From contig JAMDHS010000084.1 in assembly GCA_029717555.1 (NCBI GenBank), positions 1-64,000 of the forward strand: 64,000 nt of DNA, written 5' to 3'. The notes under the pieces were generated by a model. That model searched no databases. It had not been told where the DNA came from and saw only the letters and a program-made list of their open reading frames with translations. The DNA is from Peribolospora baueri. Taxonomy: Eukaryota. Below are positions 11,871 to 24,459 of this stretch, in pieces (positions within the stretch are counted from its first letter, which is position 1; each line of letters begins with the position of its first letter). The position numbers and the translations under genes were made by a program.

Positions 11871-13493
11871 TCACGACTGCTCGTAGACCTTGACGGACTT
11901 GACCTCCCAATACGCCTCTCCGAGTTTGTCTCCGTTCTGCTTCACGTACTCCTCGCAGCTGCTGAACCCAGTCGACTGCGCGCAGCTCTGCGACTGCCCG
12001 GCCTGGTTGCCCTGGTTCCAAACGCCGGAGGCCCAGGTGCCACAGAGGGTGAGGTCGAAGACGATGTTGTGGTTCTTGAAGAACTCGAACGGGTTGCATT
12101 TGTTGGCTAGGAGGGGAAAGGATAGGACAGGTTAAGATAGGATAGGATGAGTGACGAGATGGGAATCCTCGATGGGCCGTCGTCGCCGTCGACTCACAAG
12201 GCCACATCGCCTCGGCGGTGCCCCAGTTGTTGGGGTTAGGGTTGCCGGACTGGATGTCGCCGGGAATCGAGTTGCGCGGGAAGAACCAGATGGCGATGCC
12301 AGAGTTGTCCCACTTCATGGCGTGCACGCCACCGCCGGCCTGGTTGTACGGCTGTCCGTAGTTGCCCTTGGTCGAGGCGCGGATGGCGCACCCCTGGTCG
12401 TTGGTCGCGTCGGCGTCGCAGTTGGTCCCCTGCCAGCCTGACATGGCGAGCTTGCCCAAAAAGCCGGTCACCGACTGGGTGATGCTGCAGCCGCTCGTGG
12501 TGTGGATGGACTGGATTAGAGGAGGAGGATGCGAGCGGGTGAGAGAGCGGAAAGGGCGCACGAGCCATAAGAAAAAAGGCAGCCGTTGAGAGGCACGAAG
12601 GACGGGTTGGATGAACAAAACCGGGACGGACGGCTCACCATCTGGTTCTGCTCGAAGAGACTGACACCCTCAACGATGTCGATCTCTCCGCACTCGGGCC
12701 ACGTGCATCCACCGTTGGTCCAGAAAGCAGGCCAGACACCGCAAGTGGAGGGCATGTGCACGGCATCAAGGATGAAGAGGCCGCCGTTGAACTGCTGCTG
12801 CGAGGTCAGGCGGACAGAGTTGCGCACCGAGCCGACGTATTTGGTCTGCTGGACACCAATGATCGCGTTCTGGGCGTTGTTGATGGCCACCAGGCCCTGG
12901 TTCCATGCTTCGGAGCTCGAGACGTACTGGACCATGCCTTGCGAAAAAAAGCGGGGGACGTGGCCGGCGGGAGACATCACGAGAAAGACGGTGAGAGGGA
13001 CTCGATCGGGTGGACGATCGAAAGTGCTCACCATTGGTCGGGTCGCCGCCGGTGTAAAAGTCCCAGTTATTGAAAAACTGATTGCCGGACCACTGCTGCT
13101 TGAGCTTCCACTGGCCTCCGGAGTTGCCGCGCTCGTCGAGCTGGAAAGAGAAGGGGGAGAAGGGGGGGCAAATCGGGAAGGTGAGTTTGACTGGTTCAGG
13201 TGCAGGGGTCATCGAAATGGCGCAAGCCCATGAAATGATCCGTCGGACGGGCGAGCGAGGCATAGCATGAAAATGGAACGAAGACGTGGTATGGTGCCCA
13301 CCTGAGTGCTAACGGTGACATTTCGAACCGAGACCTCTTCCTCACCCAGCGCGAGGGAGCGGGGAGGAGCGCGGTGAGTGCCGTGGTGCTTGCGAACGGC
13401 GCCGCCGCGGACGTCGCTGTGGGAGCCGAGGGAGGAGGCCTCTGCGAGGGAGGCCAACGAGGCTGCAGCGAGGATCGCGCCGGAGAGCTTCAT
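11871..13493 (-). CDS. Secreted GH16 endo-1,3(4)-beta-glucanase (fungal Lam16A-like)
   Basis: Signal peptide MKLSGAILAAASLASLAEA, FFNNWDFYTGGDPTNGMVQY, CGVWPAFW, catalytic GEIDIVEG, FDLTLCGTWA, AYWEVKSVKVY. Confidence 0.93.
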
Positions 13494-14907
13494 CGTGCGT
13501 CGAGGTGAGGAGGCGGGGAAGGTATCTCAGAGATGGGGCGAGCGATAGTCCAGCCCGTCTGCGCAGCGAGAAGATATGCGTGAGAGATACCGCGGGCGTG
13601 AGGGCGATGAGCGAGCGTGAGATGGTGAAGGGTTGTGTCGTCACAGACAACTGCCAAGGTCTTCCAGGGCCGGGGTGGGGGAGGGGTGAGTGAGATAGGG
13701 CAAAGAATGTGCGGTCGAGAGCGTCGACCTGCTGAGAGGAGAGGGAGCGTGAGGGAGGGGGACGGTGAGCGATGGGGGCAGACAGTGGTGGTGTGAAGGA
13801 ACGAGAGACGGAAGAAGCGGGCGTGGGTCTGTTGCGAGGGAGAAAAGACAGGATGAGGGGGGTGAGCGGGGGAAGGAGGGCGGCCGGGACGTCAGTCAGT
13901 CAGTCAGTCAGGTAATCAGTGAGCCTGCCCGTCTGTCTGTCCGTCTGTCTGCCTCGTTTGCTGTTAGTTCGGGCTGGTTTGCGTGGCTCGAACTGAATTC
14001 GATCGAACTCAGACGCCGTCGGGGCGAGTGAACAAAGAATGGGCGGTGGGAGGAGGGAGGGCGGTGCTTAGCGCCGGAGGAGGCCGTGTCCGAGTCCGAG
14101 TCCGAGTCCGGGTCCGTGAGCGTGTCCGTGCCCGTCTCCGGCGGCGTTGCCTCTTTCCTTTCCTTCTTCTTCCTTCCCTCATTTCTTTGTTCGTTCTCCT
14201 TCGACATTGGCGGGCAAGACTCGCGGATGAGGGACGGATGGAGAGGTGGTCGTCGACGAAGCGCCGCTCGATATCACTTTTGTACGACCTAGCACGACCC
14301 GAACGCGCGCTAACGCTTAGAAGCTTGCTGCGGCATCTTCGACCCCTTCTATGACGCTCTTATGCATCTTCGCCCGCCTCGCCGGACGCAGACCGTCGAT
14401 GCTGGCTGCGCTGCCGACCCGCTTGCCCTGCTTTGTCTGCTTGGCCTACGTGGCCCTTGCCGCCGGCCCCAGCCAGAGAAAGCGGAGACAGAGACAGAGA
14501 GACAGAGTGGTAGATTCACATCCCTCACCCGAAAGCTCGGATACGGATATGAACCCAGTGGTCAGCGCTATAACCTCGATCCCCTCCAAGCCCCTCCCGC
14601 CCACCACGCCCACCACTTGGGTGCGCAGCGTGTGCCAACGGGCGATGCTCGCCCGCCAAGTCAGCACGTGCTGTCATCAACGAAACGATTCCGACAATGA
14701 CTTGTCCGCTAGATGCTTCACCGTCCGTGCCTGTCAGCGCAGGTCTCATACAAAAGCGAAACGGAACGAAGCGAGTCCATGGACCCGATGCCAGTGGGCT
14801 CAGGCAGCTTGCTGACGCTTCCCCGAAACGAGAGCTGGAGTCGTTCACGCCTTGCGCCATACTCGGCCGAGCCCTTTGGGGGGAGGAAGAAAACGTTCGG
14901 CCCGTGG

Positions 14908-14935
14908 ACGCGTGAATCACGTGATGTGTCACGTG
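14908..14935. promoter_or_regulatory. MCB-like ACGCGT plus two E-boxes upstream of DBF2
   Basis: ACGCGT at 14908-14913 and CACGTG at 14918-14923 and 14930-14935. Confidence 0.45.
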
Positions 14936-15103
14936 GTTCTGTCTTCTACGCGCCCGAGCACGCTCTGTGCGATCTGGTCCCATCCCCACCTGTCGGCGGA
15001 CATCCCGCAACGTCTAACTAATTACATACATACGGTCTCGCTTAGCCTCCGTCCAAGCCGCCTGATAATCACTTGGTCCGACCGGTCCACTGCCCCTCCC
15101 ACC

Positions 15104-17751
15104 ATGCTCGGAACCCTCACCGCGCCCAGCTCGCCCACTAAGCCCGCAGGGCGCTTCGGCCCGCACGACGACGTCACGTCAGCGTCGGCGGACAAGGACA
15201 AGGACGGCGCGACGAGTGGGTCCGCGAGCGCGAACGCACTCAGCTGGAGGAAAGGCGAGGGATTCAGCTTGTGGGAGAAGGAGGTGCTCGCCAGTCCCGA
15301 GGTCAAGCGCAAGGCCAACGTCGCTCAGCTCTGTGAGTTCGACATGAGGAGCAGAGCAAGGATGGGAAACGAAGGCTCGACGGTCAACGTGAACCGGACG
15401 CCTGGTCGGTTGGCAGCCCCTGAGATCATCTCCGTCTCCTCCGCGCGCAGTCTTTCTTGATTACTACTTCGACATGCTCACCTACCTCCACCAGCGCAAG
15501 CAGCGTCTGGCGCACTTCAAGCAGGACGTCGCTCAGCGTCAGGTGAGGACGCTCGCCTGCTCCTTTCCCCCTCCACATCTGCTTGTGTCTGGTGTTCCAT
15601 GCATTCTCATATCTTTTCTATCTTCATTTTTATCCTGCCCTTCTCTCCCTTCCCTGCCAGCTGAATCCCGAAGCCCTAGCGAAAGAGCAAAACTCATACA
15701 ATGGCCGGGAGCGCGTCCTCCTCCGCCGCAGACGCATCAAGCTGAAAGTCGACCAGTTCCATATCCTTGCTCAGATCGGCCAAGGAGGCTACGGAGAAGT
15801 CTTCTTGGCGAGGAAGAACGAGACGGGCGAAGTGTGCGCCTTGAAGAAGCTCAAGAAGAAGACGCTCGTAAAGATGGACGAGGTACGTCGGGCAACGTCG
15901 TGATCCTGTTGCCCGACAAGGGCGCTGACGAATTCGAGAATTCGATCCTATCATGTGCTCTACCCCGGGGCTCGGATCCTTGATCGCTTCCTTTGCCTCA
16001 GGTACGCCACGTCCTCGTGGAGCGCGACATCCTGACGGCCACCCGTACGCCTTGGCTCGTCAAGCTCTTGTACGCTTTCCAAGACATTGATCATGTCTAC
16101 CTCGCCATGGTGCGTCTTGGCTCTCGCTGTCCATTCGCGTGCAGTCTCCTCCCGAGGAGAACTCGCTAACACGTTCCGTCCGCTCGATGCCTCTCAGGAA
16201 TACGTCGCGGGAGGCGACTTCCGCACGCTCCTTAACAACGCCGGCGTTCTCCGCGAGGAGCACGCTCGCTTCTACATGGCGGAGATGTTTTGCGCCGTTA
16301 ACGAGCTGCACAAGCTTGGTTATATTCATCGAGACCTCAAGCCAGAAGTCAGTAGGAGCGTCGACTGCGCCGTCGACTGACTGAAGATCGACCATCATTG
16401 TTTGAGGCCGGACGTCCAACGTCCCGAGTGCGCTGCTGACTTTGTGCTTCCTCGTATCTAGAACTTCCTCATCGACTCTACCGGCCACATCAAACTCACC
16501 GATTTTGGTCTTTCCACGGGGGCTCTAAACCCTGGCCGTATCGAGTCGTTGAAGAGCAGGGTGGGTTGAACGTCCGCCGAGTTTTTCCTGCGTCGGCACG
16601 ATAGGACCGAACGAGCGGACCGAAAAACTATTTATCTGCATCCGGTCACCCATTTAACTGCGCATTGCGTTCGCCTCGCGCTCGCTCGCAGCTCGATCAA
16701 GTCAAGGAGTCCGACTTTGTCAAGCGTAGCACGGCCGAGCGAAGGAGCTTGTACAGGAGCATGAGGAACCACGACGCGCGCTACGTGAGTGGACGTCTCT
16801 GCTCGCTTTAGAAGACACGTTTTCGTCCCGCTCGACTTGTCTCATCAATTCAGATGGACGAAACGCGATGTAGAACCGGTTCGCTGATGGCGACTCCGCA
16901 CTCCCAACGCTCTTCTAACGGTAGGCCGACTCGATCGTCGGCTCCCCGGATTACATGGCCCCTGAAGTCCTCCGCGGCCGCCACTATTCCTTCACCGTCG
17001 ACTACTGGTCCCTCGGCTGCATCCTCTACGAATTCCTCGCCGGCTTTCCACCCTTCTCCGGAGGTTCGCCAGAGGAGACGTGGGCGAACCTCAAGAACTG
17101 GAAACAGGTGCTCACAAGACCCGTGTACGAGAAGGAGGAGGACCTTCAGTTCAACTTGACCGACGTCGCTTGGAGCGCTGTAAAAGCGTGAGTACGGTTG
17201 ATGCGCCTTCGCCTTTCTTCCTTCTTTCCTTCCTTCCTTTGCACTTTACGTCTCGGTATAGATGGTTTCCGCTTCGTGGGGAATTTGATCGATTCAGGGC
17301 TCGGCTTCATTCTTTTCCAAATGCTTCTCTTCCTCCTCAATGTCGTTCCCGCAGACTCATCGCCAGCCCAGAAGTGCGACTAGACACGCTCAAGGCGGTA
17401 CAATCCCACCCCTTCTTTGCGCCCTTGCCCTTCTCCACTCTCCGCACCTCCATCCGTGCCCCTTTCATCCCTTCCCTCGACGGCGAGGCCGACGTCTCCT
17501 GGTTCGACAACTTCTCCGACCCGACCGACATGGCCAAATACGCCGAGGTGAAGGAAAAACAGGCCAAGGTGGACGCCGTCACCGAAGGCAGCGCCGGCGG
17601 AAGGGCTCTCTGGGTCGGCTTCACATTTGGCAAGAACCACAACTTTGGCCCGCTTAACGGCGCCGGTGCCGGGGGCGGCAAGGATGGCGAGGGAGCGTTC
17701 GAGAGGGTGCAGGGGATGGGCACGGACGAAGCGTTCGGCACGCTCATTTAA
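15104..17751 (+). CDS. DBF2: NDR-family mitotic exit/septation kinase Dbf2/Sid2
   Basis: [78 protein letters not shown] and hydrophobic motif LWVGFTF. Confidence 0.93.
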
Positions 17752-18223
17752 TCTGATTTGTCCTTCGCTTGCTCGCTCCACTAGCTAGGAACCGGACCTG
17801 CCGCTGATGTACATTCATGTTCACCTAATTCCTCCATCATCTCACTCGCGTCCCTCGTGTGTACAACTGCGCGCCAACAGTAAGCAAGAAAAGAAGAAAA
17901 AAAGTATCTTAAAAGCCAACTTGAACCTCTGGCTCGCTCGCGTCCATTTTCGTAGTAAAAGGAAACGCGGCCTGTCCCTTTGCGTTGCCCTTCCTAGGTG
18001 GGCAAGCAGCGGCGGGTCGGCCAGGCAAAGGTCAGGCGCGGGGGGGAGTATAACAGTCTTGAATGTGCTCCATTGGAGTTGCTCGCAGATGGCTGTCGAG
18101 CATTTCAAACACTTCGAACAATGAACACGAACCCACTGTGGCCACGGCCGTGCAGATCAATTTGCGCGCTTCAGGGTGTGCTTTGTGCTCGCTCTCCGAG
18201 CACATCGGGCTTCAGATGATTGT

Positions 18224-20402
18224 TCATCTTGTGTCCCACCGCCCACAAGACCACATCCGATCGTCCAAAAGCACCTTGATGACCTCGCTCACGACCTCGA
18301 CGTTGACGCTGTTCCCGACGAGCTTGTACTTCATCCTAACGCTCATCCCTTCTGGCCATCTCCACACCCTCCTCTTCCCGCCGACCTGACAGGCAGGCTC
18401 GTTTTCCCCTCCCAGCGCCAGAAAGCCCATCAACCGAAGCACTTCCTCCGGGGTGAAGTATCTCAACCCTAGGGGTCCGAGGATCTCATCTGTAAGTTTC
18501 TCCCGCTCGGCAACGAAGTCGGCGTCCGGAGAGGAGGCGAACGCTGCAGTTAGAGTGGTCTGCCGATGGCGGTGGGCGAGCTGCTCGGAGGAGGACGGGG
18601 GCGAAGACGGGCTTAAGGAGAGACTAGATATGGAGGGAGGGACTATGCCACTGTTTGGGTAGCGAGTTCGCGCTAGCTCGAAGATGCGTTCCGCCAGTTG
18701 GTCAAATGTAGAAGCAGTCTGGAGGTGGAAGGGCAAAGGAACGATCGAATAGGTTGCTGAGACTGTCGCTCCGTTGAACGACAAAAGAGATAGCAAACCG
18801 CAACTCACGTCCGCTTCGACGTTCATCTGCAGCACTGACCCACCGCGCTCGATCATCTTTCCATATCCTGGGAGAAAAGATGGAGGAACGAGCGCGTGAG
18901 ATCGGTTGACGACGGAACACATTACATGTATCCCACCAATCGTCTTCCTCTTGGACGGAAGCCATCGCTTACCCGCTGTAAAACAACAACTCCCGTCATC
19001 GGTGGGCTTACGGATATCGAACAATCTTCCCCAGCGAGCCAGGATGCGAGTGGGTATTGCGTAGGAGGTAAAAGAATGGCCATCATTGCGGTGGCTCGTT
19101 GGGTCGCCTGCGGACACGGATGAGCAATCGTCGTCGAGGTGGGCTGATAACGTTCGAGGGGGACGAGTGAAGTTCGATGCCGGATCTGACGAAGTGACCT
19201 CGTCGCGGTCATGGAACGAATCATCACCGTAGGGGGGATCGGTGAAGACCGGTGGAGGCTCGAGGAGTCCGAGAGGTGTCCTCGAACGTCCGCAGCGCGT
19301 CTCCGCTTCGCACGTAGCAAGAAGATAATACCGTCTCCTGGAATTCGGAATCCCAAACTGATTCGGAGACAGAACATACTCTCGCGTGGCGTAACCGAGC
19401 GATACCAGCCGAGCGAGCAAGTGTAGACGGGTTGGCGAGGACTGTATCAGGGAATGGTACGCAGGGAAGAACACGAAGTGTTACGGTGAAGGAACGAGAT
19501 AGTGCGAGAATAGAATTGCTTCGGCCACCGAACGTGCGAAAATTGACTTTGGAAGGCTCACCTCGAAGCCGGCAACGTTCTCCACCAAGATTTTGCTGGG
19601 GGCCTTTGCCCTTCCGGCAGACGTCATGCTACGTGCTTTCCCTTGCACTTTGTTGTCCGGCTGCTCCAAACGAAGTTCCTCCCTCTCAACGAGTCGTGGC
19701 AGAAGAGCATCAATGAGATGCAGGAAGCTGACGCTTCGCGGATCGTCTGAGTGGGTGCGGTTACCCAATACGGTGTGGGGCTGACAGGAAGGGGATAACA
19801 ACCAGAGATCTTTCTCTTCTCCTCCTTCTCCCACTGATTCGATCGCAACTTTGTCCCCACCGCTGTCGCAAGCTACCCTGCTCTTCGTCTTTAGTTCCGC
19901 ATCAGCAATAAGTGAGTCGAGCGACTCAGCGCTAAGCTTGCCAATGTCAACTCGTCTGGCTACCTTGTTCTGTCCGCAGTGATTCAGGTTGTAGACGTCG
20001 ATGCAAGTGGGAGATATATCGAGCGCCAGCGGTAGACGGAATGCGTGGTGCGACAAGTCTGGTGTGGAAGGGCGCGAGGGAAAAGAGGATGCGCGCGGCC
20101 TGTCACGGACACAGTCCGCGCGAGCAGTGGAGGTGGGCAAACAGTTGGACCTGAAAGGGTGAGAGCCCGGCTGCAGAGCAAGCTGGAGGGCAAGATGAAG
20201 GCCGCCTGAATACGATAGAGCCGGTCGAAGAGGACGTGTGAAAAAATTATAATCTGAACGCAAACCATCGCGCTTCAAGGAAAGCTTGCGAGCGCGCAAG
20301 GCAGTGTCGACGCAGCTTTCAACGCGGCGAGGGTGGCTCACCGATACCAGCATAGAACTCGATAACTCGCCACCGCTTATCAGGGATGCTCTTGGTGTCC
20401 AT
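18224..20402 (-). CDS. DNMT2: DNMT2/TRDMT1 (Pmt1-like) tRNA cytosine-C5 methyltransferase
   Basis: Motif I IEFYAGIG|GLH, motif IV SPSCQPHT, DPRS, motif VI ENVAGFE, motif VIII QFGIPNSRRRYY, DNMT2-specific CFT (SCCFTAG|Y), LRYFTPEEVLRLMGF, YKLVGNSVNV. Confidence 0.9.
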
Positions 20403-21182
20403 CGTTGACTTGGACGTCCTTCCAAGTCAAGGTGGCATTTTGAGGCAGCTCAAAAGAACGCCGCGGCGGTCCGTGCGTCTTTCGGCTGTACGCGGCGATC
20501 TTGGTGACCACCACAGCGGAGGAAGGCGAAGATGGGAGAGCAGGCGCAACGAGCTTCACGAACCAATACGCTCCATCGGGAAAGAGGACAAGTGGAATGA
20601 TGGTAGTGATATGTTACTCCCTAGTAAATTTACAACGTCGCGTGGTCAGTGAACTCCTCATCGCCACTCATGGATCCGCAAAGCTCGCGTCGATTTTGCA
20701 CACGTCGAGTGACTTCGACATCCAGTTAGTTAACTATTTATGCACGGCGGAACTGTGTTGCTTGGGGCTTACAGCACCGTGGACGAGTTCTTCGACTCTT
20801 GTCACGCCCAGCGAGTGGTCTAGTCACCCGCTCAAATTTGCGCCCCTTACTACACGGGCTGCGTGGCTGATGCTTCTAGCCCTACCTCCTCCAAAAGAGG
20901 GTTAACATGTCTGACGAGCAGCCACTAGACATAATTCCACGGCGACTGCAATGCCAGCTGTCTTCCGCACCGTCGCTGCGAGATCAGGGGCATAGCTGGC
21001 ACGGTCCAAACCGCTGAGCGGAAGGAACTGCACGATGGAACCTGGGCACCGGAGGTTTCCCCTTCGGGCGGGCCCTCAGGGCGCCGGCGCGGTCGAACAA
21101 GGGTACCCGCTATCGAGCTTTGACACAACTAAACGTCCCATCCGGCGATGCTTATAGCCAGCGTTATGGAGTGCCTCCCAGC

Positions 21183-23913
21183 TCATGGAAAGTACTCGTG
21201 CACCATGCAATTGAGTGCATCTAAGGGTCATTGAGAAACATTCGCGAACCCAGCGCGTCAACGTCTCGCTTTCCATTTGCCCGGAATTTTAATTTTGAAG
21301 GCGTCAGACTCACCTGCGAGCGATCCCGCGACGGGCCACATGCGTCCTTCTCTTCGCAAAACCTCCTCAGCGAGACCGACGTCGCTCCACATCTCCACCA
21401 TGCGCCACCGGGAGGCATGTCGCTGCTCCACGCTAGATGAAACACTACCGTTCGGATCCCAATCGTGTTCGAGATCAAAGGCGAAGGGGAAGGAAAAGAT
21501 CGGCGATGGCCCGCTTGCTGCACCTTTGTGTTCTGGCCTTCGTTCCCGTCGCCGAGCCGTCACTTCCGGACTGGCGTCCAGCGCGAGCATCAGCCCAAAC
21601 GCGCCGACGACCTGCGAGCAGCCGAAGAAAGGCGAATGGACGCGCACGCAAGACGTCCTCAATGCCGCATCCGAGTTCTCGCCTTCGCGGATTGCCGGCA
21701 TGCGGACACGAGAAAAGCATTCGCTGTGGTCGTAAGCGCTGCGGACGACGGAGAAGATGGATTGGGCGGAGGAGACGATCCTGTCTATGTGATCAACATT
21801 CGTTGTCGTCGCGGATCGGCTGGTCACCGAATTGGAGGGACTGGCTAGCGCGATGGGAGAGCCTATCTGGCCTTGAGAAGACGGAGGCGTTCGGTCCGGA
21901 GTGGTGCTGGTGTCGATCGAACAGGCCTTGATGTTCGGAACAGAGCTTGGTGAAGAGTGCGAGTAGTGTAGGAAGATGTACCCTCTGCACGAACGAGGAC
22001 AGCAGATCGTCAGCAGAGCAATACCGTGTCAAAACGGGAAAGAGGTGGGAACATCTACTCACGCATGAAGCATCAGGAGGCTCATGAATACCGACTCTCT
22101 CTCGCATCTCCAAAAATCTGTGTCCGCTCCGCCACACGACCCGCCAGTTTCGCCGAAGACCTTCTCCTTCTCCATCACGTCCGTCCATCGACCTTGGGCA
22201 GCCACGAGCAGGTTGTCAACGGTCGTCTCCAACGCTCGAAATCGCGCCACACGTACGACCGTCTGAGACGGAGGAGGGGCGGAGCAAAGAGGCAAAAGGG
22301 AGACGGCTTGGTAGCGGAGATGGGAGGCGCAAGAGAGTAAAGTGGTCCCGTTTTGAAGAGGGTCCAGCGAAACCGACCCTGGCGTCTCTATGCCAGGCAT
22401 TTGCACCTGAATCGTCTCCATACCATCCCGCATGACCTCGGCGATGACGCTCGGCTTGCCCGTAGTCATGCCCCACAGCTTGTCCACCGTCCAGAGCTCC
22501 CACCACGTTCGCCTCGCCATGTCGAGCAGCGCCGGCCTCGTAGACGTTCCGATGAAGGACTCATCGCTCAAGGTTGGACTTAACCCTGAAAAAGGGGACG
22601 ACTCGGCATCGAGGATGGACCCGCGACTGTTTTGATTATCGATTCTGTGCAAACCAATGCTCGCCACTCGTCGCGCGGCGCATCGCAGCAATCCCCGTGC
22701 GCGATCGTGCATTTCGAGTCCGTGAGCGAGATAGACGTGAAGAATAAGGGCTTGAAGAGATTCTATGCGGGCTCGAACATCTGTTTGACCGACGTCACCG
22801 CCCTTGGCGGAGCATGTGTCGGCGTCGATGGTTGTAAATGCGGACTCGCGCCAGTACCGCTGACGATGGGTTTCCTCCGTCGCCTGGCCGGACGCACTTG
22901 AGTATGCGACGCGAGCCCCAAGAGCGCAGACAGCGAACAAGAGAGTGGAGGTGAGTCTGGGCAAGGACTCCGCGTTGAATATGGCTCGGCTCGGAAAGAG
23001 GGGGACAGATGGTTGAACATGTTCGTAGAAGGTATCGATTCTGCAAGACAGAAACAAGAGCGGGAAGGTTTACTTAAGCGCTTTTCATCATATTATACCT
23101 TCAAGAGGCGCTCACAGCATATGTACTTCTTGTCGCTCAGCCGATGACAGGGAAGAGTAACTCTTCGTGGTCGCCTTATCGTTGAGCCGGTCGTGCGTGG
23201 ACATGAGCTGCAGGTCGTCCAGCGATGGCACTTTTCCGATAGGATTCATAAATCGCATCAATGGGGAGGGGGACGAGGACACGTCGCCGGTCGAGATAGG
23301 TTCGGACAGCAAGCTCGACAGGTCGAAAGGCGAGCTCGTGAGTGGATAGCCGGACAAGAGCATGGTCGGGTCTGTTTGTGCGGCCGCAAGACTACCGTCG
23401 GCGATATCCATGGAAAGCTGATTAGCAAGATGAGACGTGCTGGAAGGATAGGGAGGTGAATCGACGAAGGATTGCACGAAGGCGGTCAAGTCCGGGCTTG
23501 CCTCGATCGCCGTGCTTGAGGAAGGAAGTTGAGTCGAACCGGCGAGGTCTGCGGAGAATAACAATATTAGGACACGGGCGAGAAAGTAGGATGAGCCATA
23601 GCCGACGACGACATAAACTCTATCACTTGCCTCTTTCCGATGCTTACTTACCTCGTCCATTATTTGGCCCATCCCATTGCGTCCGCCGTCTCTTTTCGCC
23701 CCTCTTGCCGAACCTGCCGCTAGGCGCCCACTGGCAAGCTCCCAACCCGGCACGAATACACCGCGAACATGTCCGCGCAGGTTCCCCAGGGTCTCCCTCG
23801 CCGCCGGAGCGTCTGCCAGGCCGGCCGTCGCACTTGCTTTTGATGGCTCGACAGGCGAGGCACGCCATGCCGGCGCGCTTTCTCAAAGGTTCCTCTGTAA
23901 TGGGTGGGGTCAT
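21183..23913 (-). CDS. Zn(II)2Cys6 transcription factor with fungal-specific TF domain
   Basis: ACLACRAIKSKCDG...TCSRCIRAGLGACQW, plus a middle homology region (AVCALGAR, IESLQALIL, GLHRID, RRTWWELWTVD). The 3' end is tentative. Confidence 0.88.
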
Positions 23914-24459
23914 GGTGGCGAAAGGAAGCGTCTTGCGAGCGCCTCTCAGCCCTGTACCGCACCGTTCTTGCGGATGCTCTCTAAATCCTGCTTGACGTAA
24001 CAAGCCATCGTCGGCGAGAGACGGGGAGTGGACCGGCAATGGGACGGGTAATAACAGGCGAGACATATGCAAGACGCAACACGTGATTATTCGTTGCCGC
24101 AGGTTTCGCGAACAGGCCGGCTATGTGCCGCACCGAGACGACGGTCGACTATCGGACTGGCACCGATTGCCACGGGCGGCGAGGGAAGTGGTACTTGCTC
24201 TTCCAGGCGCACCTATGCTCATCTCTCATACGCTTATGGGACGGCTTCTTGATACTGGAGCGGGCCGCGTGACCAGGCGGCGTGCCCATCCGTCCAGTCC
24301 GCCGTTCAGATTGCAGTTAAAAGTCGATGGACTCTTTGCGTTCTCGTGCAACTGACGCAGCACGTTGTCCTTGCTTAGTTTCTTCGCCTTCTTCACATCA
24401 TCTTTTCGGTATTTCTCCGCATCTTCTTCTTTCCAGCAGTCCGCGGACTCTCAGCAGAC

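Noticed and set aside
18224..20402. Restriction-modification or RIP/DNA methyltransferase interpretation
   Set aside because: The CFT motif, DPRS and the lack of N-terminal regulatory domains point to tRNA-directed DNMT2.
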